64,000 nt of DNA, from IMG/VR virus record IMGVR_UViG_3300028833_000058. The stretch is one strand, 5' to 3'. The notes under the pieces are model-generated. The model did not search any database, had not been told where the DNA came from, and worked only from the letters and a program-made list of their open reading frames with translations. Shown here piece after piece: positions 9,979-20,400 of this stretch. The first letter of the stretch is position 1. Each line of letters opens with the position of its first letter. A program made the translations under genes and the position numbers. Origin of the DNA: a virus (Duplodnaviria; Caudoviricetes).

Positions 9979-10272
9979 ATGAAAAAGTTTTATGCGGTTG
10001 GTAAAAATGTTTTTGTAAAAGAAATTGAACAAGAGAATATTGTCGGGGGGTTTGTAATTCCAGATTCAGTAAATATAGATTTTACAATTGGAGAGATTGT
10101 TTCTATTGATACTGGATATTATGAAAACGGTATGTATATTACAAACCAGTTTACAGTAGGTAATGTAATCGCTTTTCCTAAAGTAGCTGGTACAAAAGTT
10201 ACATTGAATGGCGAAAAGTTGATTCGTGTTATGGCAAATGATATCGTAGCTGTTGAAAGAGAAGGAGAATAA
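9979..10272 (+). CDS. groES: co-chaperonin GroES-like
   Basis: 97 aa with GGFVIPD mobile loop and VGNVIAFPKVAGTKVTLNGEKL; adjacent to groEL. Confidence 0.85.
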   Translation: MKKFYAVGKNVFVKEIEQENIVGGFVIPDSVNIDFTIGEIVSIDTGYYENGMYITNQFTVGNVIAFPKVAGTKVTLNGEKLIRVMANDIVAVEREGE

Positions 10273-10275
10273 TAT

Positions 10276-11925
10276 ATGTCAACAAGTGCATATTTTGATA
10301 AAGAAGCTCAAGATGCTTTAGTAACAGGCTTAAATTTAGTTAGTAAGGCTGTTGGAAGTACATTAGGTCCTGCTGGTAGTACTGTTGTTTTTCAAGAAAA
10401 AGATAAACCAGTGGTTATCACAAAGGATGGTGTAACAGTAGCTAAACAGATTAACCCTAAAGATGAGAAAGTCAGATTAGGTGCTGAACTTGCTATCAAC
10501 ATTAGTAAGAAGCAACTTGATTCTGTTGGTGATGGTACAACTACTGCTTGTGTTTTAGGTAATGCTATTGTAAATACAGGTGTTCGTCAGATTGAATTAA
10601 GTGATTCTAAAGTAAATCGTACTGCTGTTCGTCATGGTATTGAAAAAGCAAGAGATTATGTTATTAATAAACTTGTTTCTTTAGGTAAAGGTATCGAAAC
10701 AGATGAAGATTTAGTTAACATTGCAACTGTTTCAGCGAATGGTGACGAATCACTTGGTAGAATTGTTGCAGAAGCTTATAATAGAGTTGGTAAAGACGGC
10801 ATTGTTCAAGTTGAAGAAACAAAAGACCGTACGACTTATTTACAATTCAAAGAGGGTATGACTTTTGCCAAAGGTTGGACTTCACAATTCTTTGTAAACA
10901 ATCATGAAGACCAAACAGTTGAATATGATAATCCAAAGATTTTGTTATGTGAATCTAAGATTTCTAACTTTGCAACTCTTGTAGATGTTATTCAAGGTAT
11001 CAGTAAAACTGGTGCTCCTGTTGTTGTTATTGCTGAAAGTTTTGATTCTAGCGTAACACAAGGTCTTGCTATGAATATCATTCGTAGTGGTGGTCAACTT
11101 AAGGTTGCTTGTGTAGAAGCTCCTGGCTATGGTGACCGTAGATTAGATTTATTACGTGATATGGCTGTTTATTTAGGTGGTTGTGTAGCAGATGACCCTC
11201 TTGGTAAAAAATTAGAAACTATTTCACCTATTGACTTTGGTTCTTGTGAAAAAATTATCATTAAAAAAGATGAAACAATTATCCGTGGTGGCATGGGTAA
11301 TCCAGAACAAATTAAAGAACGTATCAATAGTATTCAAGGTGTTATAAGCAATCTTAAAGAAAATAATACATTTGAAAAAGAACAACTTGGTAAACGTATT
11401 GCTGCTTTGACTACTGGTGTTGCCGTAATTAAAGTAGGTGGTAGCTCTGAAGAAGAAATTAAAGAACTTAAAGACAGATTAGACGATGCTCAATGGGCTG
11501 TTAAGTCTGCTCTTCAAAGTGGCTATTTACCTGGCGGTGGAACAACTCTGCTTCACATTTCTGAAACAGTACAAGAAAATGTTAAAACAGACAACGCTGA
11601 TGAAAAATTGGGTGTTGAAATTGTAGCTAGGGCGTTAAAGGCTCCTTTCCGTACAATTCTTGAAAATGCTGGAATTGACCCAGAATCTACAATGAAGAAA
11701 GTTTTGGAACAGAAAGATATTAATGTTGGCTATGATGCACGTAACCTTGAAGTTAAAAACATGGTTGAAGCTGGCATTATTGACCCTGTTAAGGTTGTTA
11801 CAGGTAGTATTTACGCTGCTACTTCAATTGCTTCTGTTGTTTTAACTTCAGATGTTATCATCACAACAGATAAAGAAGAGAACACTGGGTTATCTTTAAA
11901 TATGATGCCTGGTGGGATGATGTAA
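10276..11925 (+). CDS. groEL: chaperonin GroEL
   Basis: Motifs TLGP, ITKDGVTVAK, GDGTTT, APGYGDRR, GIIDPVKV and a C-terminal MMPGGMM tail. Confidence 0.97.
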   Translation: MSTSAYFDKEAQDALVTGLNLVSKAVGSTLGPAGSTVVFQEKDKPVVITKDGVTVAKQINPKDEKVRLGAELAINISKKQLDSVGDGTTTACVLGNAIVNTGVRQIELSDSKVNRTAVRHGIEKARDYVINKLVSLGKGIETDEDLVNIATVSANGDESLGRIVAEAYNRVGKDGIVQVEETKDRTTYLQFKEGMTFAKGWTSQFFVNNHEDQTVEYDNPKILLCESKISNFATLVDVIQGISKTGAPVVVIAESFDSSVTQGLAMNIIRSGGQLKVACVEAPGYGDRRLDLLRDMAVYLGGCVADDPLGKKLETISPIDFGSCEKIIIKKDETIIRGGMGNPEQIKERINSIQGVISNLKENNTFEKEQLGKRIAALTTGVAVIKVGGSSEEEIKELKDRLDDAQWAVKSALQSGYLPGGGTTLLHISETVQENVKTDNADEKLGVEIVARALKAPFRTILENAGIDPESTMKKVLEQKDINVGYDARNLEVKNMVEAGIIDPVKVVTGSIYAATSIASVVLTSDVIITTDKEENTGLSLNMMPGGMM

Positions 11926-11944
11926 AGTTATCACCGCAAGCCCG

Positions 11945-11978
11945 AAGGTCAATAGTGTAAAAGCTATTGACCTTTTTT
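11945..11978 (+). terminator. Rho-independent terminator after groEL
   Basis: 11 bp stem AAGGTCAATAG/CTATTGACCTT followed by a T tract. Confidence 0.85.
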
Positions 11979-12031
11979 CGTAATACAATTAGTGGTTTAA
12001 TAACATTTTTGTCGTCAATTAGTAAAATTTA

Positions 12032-12038
12032 AGTTCTA
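12032..12038 (+). promoter_or_regulatory. AGTTCTA putative late-promoter motif
   Basis: About 30 nt upstream of the ATG at 12068. Confidence 0.6.
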
Positions 12039-12067
12039 ATTGTTATGTTAAAAATTGGATAATTCAT

Positions 12068-13201
12068 ATGGCAAAAAGTTCTTCTAAATCAAGATTGAAA
12101 GAAGTTGATTTTTCTTCGTATAACTTGAGAGACGCATATATTACAGATAATGTTAGCTATATTGCTGCGTTACGTGATGAAGCTTTATTTTCTAATTGGG
12201 GAATTAAAGTTCTTGTTCGTGTGCCTGCTCATGAGGAAGATATAAATGAGAATAATGTAGATGAATATTCGAACTTTGTTGATATTGAATGGATTGATAC
12301 AGTAGAAACAGTGGTTCCGAAGTTTAATGATTACCGTATAAATGTTTCTGATGAAGGAATGACAGCAGATGGTACTACTGGGGTTTATCCATTAGAGATT
12401 TTGATACCAACAAAGTTACATCTACCAAGAAATTCAAGAATTGTTTTAAGTGAACATGACGCTTATGAAAATAAAATTGCTCGTGAATGGGTTGTTTTAA
12501 GTACTCAAATGAAGCAATTGAGTGGAAGTAAATCTTATTCTCAAATTGCTGATTGTACGCCTGCAAGAAGAACAACTTACGATAGTGCAAATACATCATA
12601 TTTATCAGAGTTCTGGTTTGATTATGCCATTGACGTTCCTGTTAAAGTAGATGAAATCAAGGCACAAGGTATCATTTGGTTCTTAAGAGAAGGTATACCA
12701 CGTAGTAAACTTGTCATCGGTAAAAGATATGGAGAAACCTACGAACAGGTTAATGATATAAGTGAATACGTAGAATACGTTAGAGTTCCAGTTTATTATG
12801 ATAATAGAATCAAGAATTTGGTTAATTCTGGTAGTGGATTTGTCGTTGGTGATGTCCATGAATTGTACGATAAAGATGGGAAGAAGTTATATGTCATAAT
12901 AGATGATGAGGAAAACATTAGAGTACCATTGTCAGTTAAAATTACAAGTGTGGGACAAAATGGTGAAATAACTGGATACGAATACAACGTTGAAAGAGGA
13001 TATACTTTATTTGGAAAAGATGGTGTTTTACAAGTTACCATTAGAAACGCTGTTTTAGATATAAATTGTGTGGATGTGAATAATCAAACATATCAAGAAA
13101 CAATTACATCGTTGAAAGTTTCTTCTCCACGATATATTTACCCACAAAATAAAATTGCAAAATTTTCTGGAAAACGTATCGCAATTTCAGTTCTTATATA
13201 A
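12068..13201 (+). CDS. putative virion structural protein (possibly head-closure/neck)
   Basis: 377 aa, first gene after an AGTTCTA motif in the head module; only weak resemblance to neck proteins. Confidence 0.35.
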   Translation: MAKSSSKSRLKEVDFSSYNLRDAYITDNVSYIAALRDEALFSNWGIKVLVRVPAHEEDINENNVDEYSNFVDIEWIDTVETVVPKFNDYRINVSDEGMTADGTTGVYPLEILIPTKLHLPRNSRIVLSEHDAYENKIAREWVVLSTQMKQLSGSKSYSQIADCTPARRTTYDSANTSYLSEFWFDYAIDVPVKVDEIKAQGIIWFLREGIPRSKLVIGKRYGETYEQVNDISEYVEYVRVPVYYDNRIKNLVNSGSGFVVGDVHELYDKDGKKLYVIIDDEENIRVPLSVKITSVGQNGEITGYEYNVERGYTLFGKDGVLQVTIRNAVLDINCVDVNNQTYQETITSLKVSSPRYIYPQNKIAKFSGKRIAISVLI

Positions 13202-13216
13202 TATAGAGGAAGAAAA

Positions 13217-13672
13217 ATGGCTATTTATGGTTTACAAACAAATTACATGAATAAGATACTTAAAACTTACTTTGGGTCTGAAAAGCCTGAATTAGTTAAC
13301 AAATATGCTTATGTCGGTTTAGGTTTAACTCAAGATGGAGCATTGATAAATACAGAATGTTTCAGTGAAGTTTTTGATGGGAAACCTGTTGGTAATTATA
13401 GAAGAGCTAGAGCTGTATTTGGAGAAGCTGTTGATGGCCAAATTTCTAATCTTAATGAAATTGTATTCAATACAGCTGGTGAGGATTGGACAGAAGCTTC
13501 TAAAACTGTTTGTATGGTTGGAATTTTTGATACATTAGATTATCAAGATGAAGAAGGAAACATGGTTGAACCTTTAATTGTTTTGAAACTTCCAGATTCA
13601 ATAACTATTAAAGAGGGTGAAACAATCTTTTTGACAGCAGGCTCTCTGAATTTAACATTGACGGATGAATAA
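13217..13672 (+). CDS. small virion structural protein (paralog 1)
   Basis: Pattern YVGL..EV..GNYRR..ISN..EIVF..A..DW..VGIFD, typical of small beta-rich phage structural proteins; similar to the next ORF. Confidence 0.55.
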   Translation: MAIYGLQTNYMNKILKTYFGSEKPELVNKYAYVGLGLTQDGALINTECFSEVFDGKPVGNYRRARAVFGEAVDGQISNLNEIVFNTAGEDWTEASKTVCMVGIFDTLDYQDEEGNMVEPLIVLKLPDSITIKEGETIFLTAGSLNLTLTDE

Positions 13673-14135
13673 AATGACAGATTTAGTAAATTTTGAATTA
13701 TCACCATCTTTTTTAAATCGTATATTAAATAACGAATTTGGTACACCAGATTTATCTTATGATGATTATAGTGTTTATGCTGGACTTGGTATAGAGTTCG
13801 ATGAAGATAGTTTTAGTTTTACGAAAGAACCAGTTTCTAAAGGTTTTACAATCTTAAGTACACCAGTATTATTTTCTGAACCAATAAATGGAATATTGAG
13901 AAACTCTAGTCCTTTAGAGTGGCCAAAAGCTACTGTAGATTGGACATCAGGAACGGATACAATAAAATATGTCGGTTTATATTATCGTAAAGAAAATATT
14001 AATTTTGCTGTTAATCATAAATACGATTACGAGCTTGTTGCTGTTTTACCTTTATTACCAGAGGAAACGGTGAAAAAAGGTGAAAAAGTAACGTTGAATA
14101 CAAATGCGATAGAAATAAAATTATCAAACCGCTAA
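13665..14135 (+). CDS. small virion structural protein (paralog 2)
   Basis: Shares YAGLG, F..P.NG...N, A..DWT, VG.Y and KGE elements with 13217..13672. Confidence 0.55.
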   Translation: MNKMTDLVNFELSPSFLNRILNNEFGTPDLSYDDYSVYAGLGIEFDEDSFSFTKEPVSKGFTILSTPVLFSEPINGILRNSSPLEWPKATVDWTSGTDTIKYVGLYYRKENINFAVNHKYDYELVAVLPLLPEETVKKGEKVTLNTNAIEIKLSNR

Positions 14136-14150
14136 TCTAGGAGAATTGAC

Positions 14151-14342
14151 ATGGAAGATAAAAGTAAAGAAAGATTTTTAATGACAGAATCCACTAAAAA
14201 AATCATGGATGAAGTTATTACAGAGGATATTGAAAATTTAGATGACTATGAGCTTGTTAGAAGAATAAATGAGACTAAGAAGCTTGTGGCAAAATTAACA
14301 GAATCTGGTCAGATAGAAGTGAAAATGGTTTTGTTTGACTAA
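14151..14342 (+). CDS. small acidic hypothetical protein
   Basis: 63 aa with RBS AGGAG; contains MTE-S, ITE-D and LTE-S sites. Confidence 0.5.
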   Translation: MEDKSKERFLMTESTKKIMDEVITEDIENLDDYELVRRINETKKLVAKLTESGQIEVKMVLFD

Positions 14343-14364
14343 TTTTACAAAGGAATACTAATCT

Positions 14365-14826
14365 ATGAAAGAAAAGAACTCTATAACTTTTCCATTTTTG
14401 TGTATCTCATATTACGCTTCTTCTAAAAATGAAATAGATAACAGACATTCATTCGACTATTGGATGAGAAGTAAGCTTGTGCGTATTGTTTCTGACAAAA
14501 GTTTCGCACGTGGGGACGTTTTAAAAGTAAATTCTGTTGAAAATACTTCATCTGGGATAGTCATAAACGTAGAAGTACAAGAGGAATGGAATTCAGAACT
14601 CCCTGTTCTTTGTTTTGTTTCAAGTCGTTTAGTTTATAACAGATGGTCGAAATTTCAATTTAAACCAACAGCAGGTATTCAGATTATAGAGCCAATTGAA
14701 CAAGTTTTGTCTGGAAACTATTCGATTGGTTTAATTTTGCTATGTTATAAATCTGGTAAAATATCTTGCCAAGATACCGTTGGTCACAATGATTTTGACG
14801 TAATTGTGAACTTGAAATGGGAATAG
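14365..14826 (+). CDS. hypothetical protein
   Basis: 153 aa ORF with RBS AAGGA. Confidence 0.55.
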   Translation: MKEKNSITFPFLCISYYASSKNEIDNRHSFDYWMRSKLVRIVSDKSFARGDVLKVNSVENTSSGIVINVEVQEEWNSELPVLCFVSSRLVYNRWSKFQFKPTAGIQIIEPIEQVLSGNYSIGLILLCYKSGKISCQDTVGHNDFDVIVNLKWE

Positions 14827-14840
14827 GGATACAATTTTAA

Positions 14841-14847
14841 AGTTCTA
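14841..14847 (+). promoter_or_regulatory. AGTTCTA putative late-promoter motif
   Basis: Upstream of the portal ATG at 14886. Confidence 0.6.
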
Positions 14848-14885
14848 TATAAAATACTCTTTGGATTGTATATAAAGGTGAAAAA

Positions 14886-16673
14886 ATGGTTAAAAGTGTA
14901 ATTAAAACATTGTTAGAAAGCTCTGCTTATGATGAAGATACAAGAACATTGTTTATCTCTAACCCAGGAATTTCGTTTACTGGTTTAAAGGCTCTGGCTA
15001 AAAAACATAATTTTACAATTGGGACTACCCAATCTGGTGAATATGTTGCTGTTCCTACTTCTTTTAAGTATAACAATGAAGATGTATCTCTTTATGATAA
15101 CTTTTTAGACACTTATACACATTATGATACGAATTATGGTACTCTTTTAACTGTATATAAAACTGTAGATTTGATGACAGAAAATCTTGCAGAAGTTGAT
15201 TTAATTTTAAACACTTATGTAGCAGAAGTTCTTGGTCAAGGTTTCATTGACAATCCATTGAATATTACAATTTCTAATAAAAAGGCTCAAGATTTAATTC
15301 AACGTGTATTCTATAAGAATAGAATTTATGATAGATTACCTAATATCACATATAATCTTGCCAAATATGGTAATTATGGGTTTGCATTGTGTTATCCTTA
15401 TTTAGAAAAATGGATGACAGATGAAGAAACACAAGATTTTCACAGAATAGATGTTTTAGAAGATTTGACTATTGCTTTTGTTAACCCGCAATATTTTAGA
15501 GTTAACACTGACGAATATTACAATCCAATTAACTATGTTACTTCAATGCCTAACACATTTGTTTCTGATACAAAGAGTTCTGTGTTAAACAATAAAGTAT
15601 GGCAACCATGGCAATTTTCTCATTTCTTGCTACCGTCTGATATAACAGAACCTTATGGAAAATCGATGCTTTGGTCTATGCGTTCTGCTTTCGACCAGTT
15701 ATCAACCTTGGAATCATTGCTCGGTATTTCTCGTGCCAGTATGATTCAACGTATCGTATTTTACGTTCCACTTCCTGCTGGATTAAATGTTGTAGATTCT
15801 TACGGTTTTATGAATGAGTGGAGGTCAAATTATCTAAATACAATCTTTACAGATACACAAGGTGTTAAAGCTGGTCGTAAAATTCCAGGTGCTTTATCAA
15901 TTCTAACATTACCAGAATCTGCTGATGGAAAGAAAGTGTCTTTTGAAACAATCCAGAATACAAACCAGGGTTTACTTGAAACAGATGATGTTGATTACTT
16001 CTTAGATAAGATTTTGAGAGCTTCTGGGCTTCCTAAAGGTTATTTGGTTGGTGATGAAACGATTACAACTGCTCAGGCTCTTTCTGCTCAAGACTTGAAG
16101 TTAAAAAGAACACTTATTCCTCTTAAAAAAGGTTTATTAAATGGTATTTTGAGCTTAACAGAAAACGTTTTAACACATGCTGGTTACGATGTAGACAAAC
16201 TTGATATTGAAGTCAGCTTAAATGAACCAGTTCAAATTTCTGCTGATACCATTGAAAAATACAGTAATCTCATTGACATTGTAGGTAAATTCAGAGAGTT
16301 TAATCAACAAATGACAGACATCAATGCGTTTCAAGCTTTGATTAAAATGGGTATGCCGATTGAACTTGCTTCTCTTGTATGCTCTACTAATAGTATAAAT
16401 ACTTTATCTGATAAAACTGATTTAGCTAAATTCTTGAAAGGCCAAAAGTTAAAGAGTACATCTAATATCACTAACCCAGATGCAGATACAGACATGGGAG
16501 AAAGTGTTGTTGGTTATAAAGTTTCTTCAAAAACATTCTTGAAAGAAAATGATTACTTAAGTAAGTCGTTAAAGAAGGCTTATAGTATTATAACAGGAGG
16601 AGATGACAAGGTTGAACTAAAAGAATCAGTCTATCGTTCTAAGAAAGCTGGTGTTTTAGATGAATCAAAATAA
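14886..16673 (+). CDS. portal protein (T4 gp20-like)
   Basis: Motifs KYGN, PYGKSML..MR..F.QL..LE..R....RIVFYV and DDVDYFLDKILRASGLPKGYL. Confidence 0.85.
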   Translation: MVKSVIKTLLESSAYDEDTRTLFISNPGISFTGLKALAKKHNFTIGTTQSGEYVAVPTSFKYNNEDVSLYDNFLDTYTHYDTNYGTLLTVYKTVDLMTENLAEVDLILNTYVAEVLGQGFIDNPLNITISNKKAQDLIQRVFYKNRIYDRLPNITYNLAKYGNYGFALCYPYLEKWMTDEETQDFHRIDVLEDLTIAFVNPQYFRVNTDEYYNPINYVTSMPNTFVSDTKSSVLNNKVWQPWQFSHFLLPSDITEPYGKSMLWSMRSAFDQLSTLESLLGISRASMIQRIVFYVPLPAGLNVVDSYGFMNEWRSNYLNTIFTDTQGVKAGRKIPGALSILTLPESADGKKVSFETIQNTNQGLLETDDVDYFLDKILRASGLPKGYLVGDETITTAQALSAQDLKLKRTLIPLKKGLLNGILSLTENVLTHAGYDVDKLDIEVSLNEPVQISADTIEKYSNLIDIVGKFREFNQQMTDINAFQALIKMGMPIELASLVCSTNSINTLSDKTDLAKFLKGQKLKSTSNITNPDADTDMGESVVGYKVSSKTFLKENDYLSKSLKKAYSIITGGDDKVELKESVYRSKKAGVLDESK

Positions 16674-17016
16674 TAAATTAATTACTGGTGTTTATTTAGT
16701 TGAAAGAAAGTGGGGCCTTATTTGGTTAAAAAATAAGCTAAAGAATGTCAATGAAACTGTGAAAGACGATAAGTTCTATGTAATGTTACTTCAATGCTTT
16801 GGAGCAGATTATACTGCAAAGATATTAGAAGCGTTGAGTGAAGAAAAAAAGCTGTTAATAGATTTTGATAAAGAAAAGGTTAAAGTAGTTGACACGAAAG
16901 ATGTTCCATTTGTTAAGAGTCTTGCGTTTTATTTTAATCCACAGAATATACAAGCAGAACTTGATAGCGGTGAACAGATAGATATATATGGTTATAATAA
17001 GGAGGAGGACTTATGA
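16660..17016 (+). CDS. hypothetical protein
   Basis: 118 aa ORF overlapping the portal stop. Confidence 0.55.
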   Translation: MNQNNKLITGVYLVERKWGLIWLKNKLKNVNETVKDDKFYVMLLQCFGADYTAKILEALSEEKKLLIDFDKEKVKVVDTKDVPFVKSLAFYFNPQNIQAELDSGEQIDIYGYNKEEDL

Positions 17017-17375
17017 GTAAAATAAACCCATTTACAGATGGAAGAAAGATACCAGAAATTTCTATAAACGTTAAAGTTAAAGTAGATACAGAATCTAACG
17101 AAGATAATGAGAATTGGAACAAAGTTTTTGGTTATTTAATGAGAAAACCAAGAACTAAGGTTGAATTTATAAATGTTGCAGATATACGTAAGTTATCTTT
17201 GGACAATATTACAGTTGAAAGTATAAAATCTCACATTCAACAAGAGGATTATGAGAAACTTAAGACTATTGAATCCATTTTTAACGAAAAATTAACTCAA
17301 GACGTTAAAGCGTTTGTTTTATCAATTTTGAAGGTTAAACCAACAACCATTGAATCACTTGTAAACTCGTTATAG
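17013..17375 (+). CDS. hypothetical protein
   Basis: 120 aa, strong RBS AGGAGGAGG, ATGA overlap with the previous gene. Confidence 0.6.
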   Translation: MSKINPFTDGRKIPEISINVKVKVDTESNEDNENWNKVFGYLMRKPRTKVEFINVADIRKLSLDNITVESIKSHIQQEDYEKLKTIESIFNEKLTQDVKAFVLSILKVKPTTIESLVNSL

Positions 17376-17429
17376 TTTGTTAAAATTTACACTTTTAAGA
17401 TAAATGGAAAACTTACGATTAAATTAGTA

Positions 17430-17436
17430 AGTTCTA
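17430..17436 (+). promoter_or_regulatory. AGTTCTA putative late-promoter motif
   Basis: About 31 nt upstream of the ATG at 17468. Confidence 0.6.
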
Positions 17437-17467
17437 AACAAATATCAATGTATTAGGGTAAATTAAA

Positions 17468-20400
17468 ATGGCAACAAAATTATTCCCAAATTTAGAAAGA
17501 GTTACAATAAAAGAACACGCTAAATCAAATAATTACGAAGATTACATAGGTGTTGTACTAGATAAAAAGAACAACACTTTTAAGGTTGTTGAGGGTAGAT
17601 TTACAGACAAAAAAGACATGTACGAAAAGATGAAGGCACGTGGTCTCATCTTACGTAAAGCTTATGAAAGAAAAGTTTGGGAATGGATTGAAGCTAATGC
17701 CGATGGTGTTATTATCGCTTATCTTATGCTAAGTACTGCTTTTAGTAAATGGCGTTCAAACAATGTGTTGCATAAATATTATCAAAAACTTCTTACAGAT
17801 ATTCCAGAATTAAATCGTGAAAGAGACAAAGGTAACCCGAATACTCGTGGTGGTGATTTTATTACAACTGATGATGAAAAATCACCAGAAAGAAAAACTG
17901 AATCTGTTGAATTAGAAGAAGAAAAGAAAGATTATAATGATGATGAAAAACATCTTGTACAATTTTATGGTATCACTAATCCAAAGAAAGATGAAACAAT
18001 TTTAACTAGTGGTAATGTCACTCTTCCAAACAATATAACAAAAAAAGGAACACACGGTGATTTCTTTAGTTTAAAAAATATATACAACATTAAACTATTG
18101 GATTTAATTGATTCTTATTTAACTGGTAAGAATAAAAAAGGCATAAAAAAAGATAAAGTAAAATTAGCAATAACGTTAGAAAATGGTAATGAAGTATTTC
18201 GTATTTATGATATAAAAAATATAAACAACGATAAACAAAAATGTATTAATGCCAAAACTATTCATGTTACAGATAGAAGAGGTAATGATTTTGGTACACG
18301 TTATGATATGGCTGTAAAAGAGTTTGGTTTAAACAAATTTGATTTCAAGCTCATTGGTATCACAGAAGAAAAAGAACTCTTAAATTTATCTAACGAAGAA
18401 CCAGTCGATGAAGAATCAGCTGGAAAGAAAATGAAAGTTTTATACAACAATAAAGGTGAATTAAAAGACCCTGTTGTTGCAGAAATGATAAATGAGTATC
18501 TTAACACAGATAATATAAAAAATAGAACAGGTATAGATACACAAAATAGATATTTTTTAATTGAAGTTTATATTGATGGTGAATTGAAAAAGTCTTATAC
18601 AAAGGCTAGTGTTATAAGTGATTTAAAAGAAATAACAGATGGTGTAGTCAAATATTCAATTGACCCTGATAAAAGTATCAGTTTACAGATAGACCCTTAT
18701 ATCGGAAGGTATAGAAAAGCAATTGAACAGGGTAACACAAAATTAGAAGATAGTGAAGCCTTAAAATTGTTAACTTTACAAAAATTATATTCTTTAAACA
18801 ACGCATCACTTAACACATCAAAAATTAGTGGTTGGCAAGCAAAAGCTGCAAACCAATTAGGTGGGGATTCTGGTGAAAATAGAAGAAAGATAACCGAAAA
18901 CATAGAGTTAAATCACTTTTTGTCTGATTTAACAAGTGACAAAGGTGATACAATCGGTATTGTTAAACAAGATGGTGATGTTGTTGATGTCAATGGACAA
19001 CATATTGGTAAAGTAGAAGGAAATTCAACAAAGGCTTATGATGATAAAGGTAAATTCATTGGATATGTTGATAAAGATGGGCATGTCATTGAAACTTTAT
19101 TACAACAAATGAATCTCTATATAGAGAATAACATCGCTAATCATGAGTTAAACAACACTTTTTATACAGGTATACCTTCAAATCAATTTGTTCCTTTTGA
19201 GATTGGTGAGATTAAGGAAGTAGCTAGAAAACTCCAGATAGGTAAACCGTTAGCAGAAAATGAAAATGAAAGAAAAGAATTACTCAAAAATGTAATTTGG
19301 TATGTTTTAGCATCTTCTAAACAAGAAAAAGAAAGTAATAAAGGCTGGTCTAAAAAAGCTTATCAGAACAATTTGTTAGATTCTATAGACAATGCTGCGG
19401 AACTTATTGAAAAAATGAATTCACCTAAATCTGGTGGTCCAAATCCTAAAACTGGTGGTGGCAATAGATATTATGAAGAACAAATTGGAAGTTTATCACA
19501 AGTTAGAGAAAATCTTTCTAAATTAATAAGTAAAGCAGAACGTAGTGGTTTACAAATACCACCGTTTTATAAAGATTTGACACAAGTAAATCCAGCTAAA
19601 TATCATGAACCTACTCCAGATGAAGTGAAAAGTGCAGAAGATTTTGCTTCTAGTAGAGCTAATGAAATCTCAGCAGAAGCTGAAAAATATAAACAAGATA
19701 AAGAAGATTTTCTAACCAGAAAACCTGATGAGATACCAGAGGTAGAGATACCTTTTGATAACATTAGTGATAAGATAAAAGATTTTGTTTACGAAAAATT
19801 TAATAGGGAAGCTGAAAAAGAAATAAAGAGTCAAAACGAATATGTGGTTTATAACGAAGTTAAATACAGATATAATGTTTACAAAGATAAAAATGAAGAT
19901 GAAGAAGAACAAAGTTTTGAAGATTTCTACAAAGCTAATGTAGATAATGTTAGAAATGAGGTAACAAAAGAATTAAATTTAGATAATTCTGAACAATTAG
20001 ATAAAAGAAAAGAAAAGATATTAGAGCGTGACAAAGAAGAAATACAAAATGAAATAAAACAAATATCTTACGATGTTGTCAATTCAGCTAAAGATTTTGC
20101 TAAAAAGGACGCTTTCGATGAAAACCCTAATGCATCAGAAGAAGATATTAAAAATAAGTTAAAAGATATTAGTTGTTACGAAAGAGCTTTAGAAACTATT
20201 TTATCTGATAAACAAGCTGCACAAAAAGAATCTGTTAAAATAACACAATATGATAACGATGGTGCAACTTTAATGCACAGATACAGTCCATATCAAGGTG
20301 CTGGATTTAACTATAGTGCAGGACCGATTAAGATGACTGGACAAATTGTAGAGGATATGACTAAAACTGAATTGAATCCAAAATTCTTTGAAAATGATGT

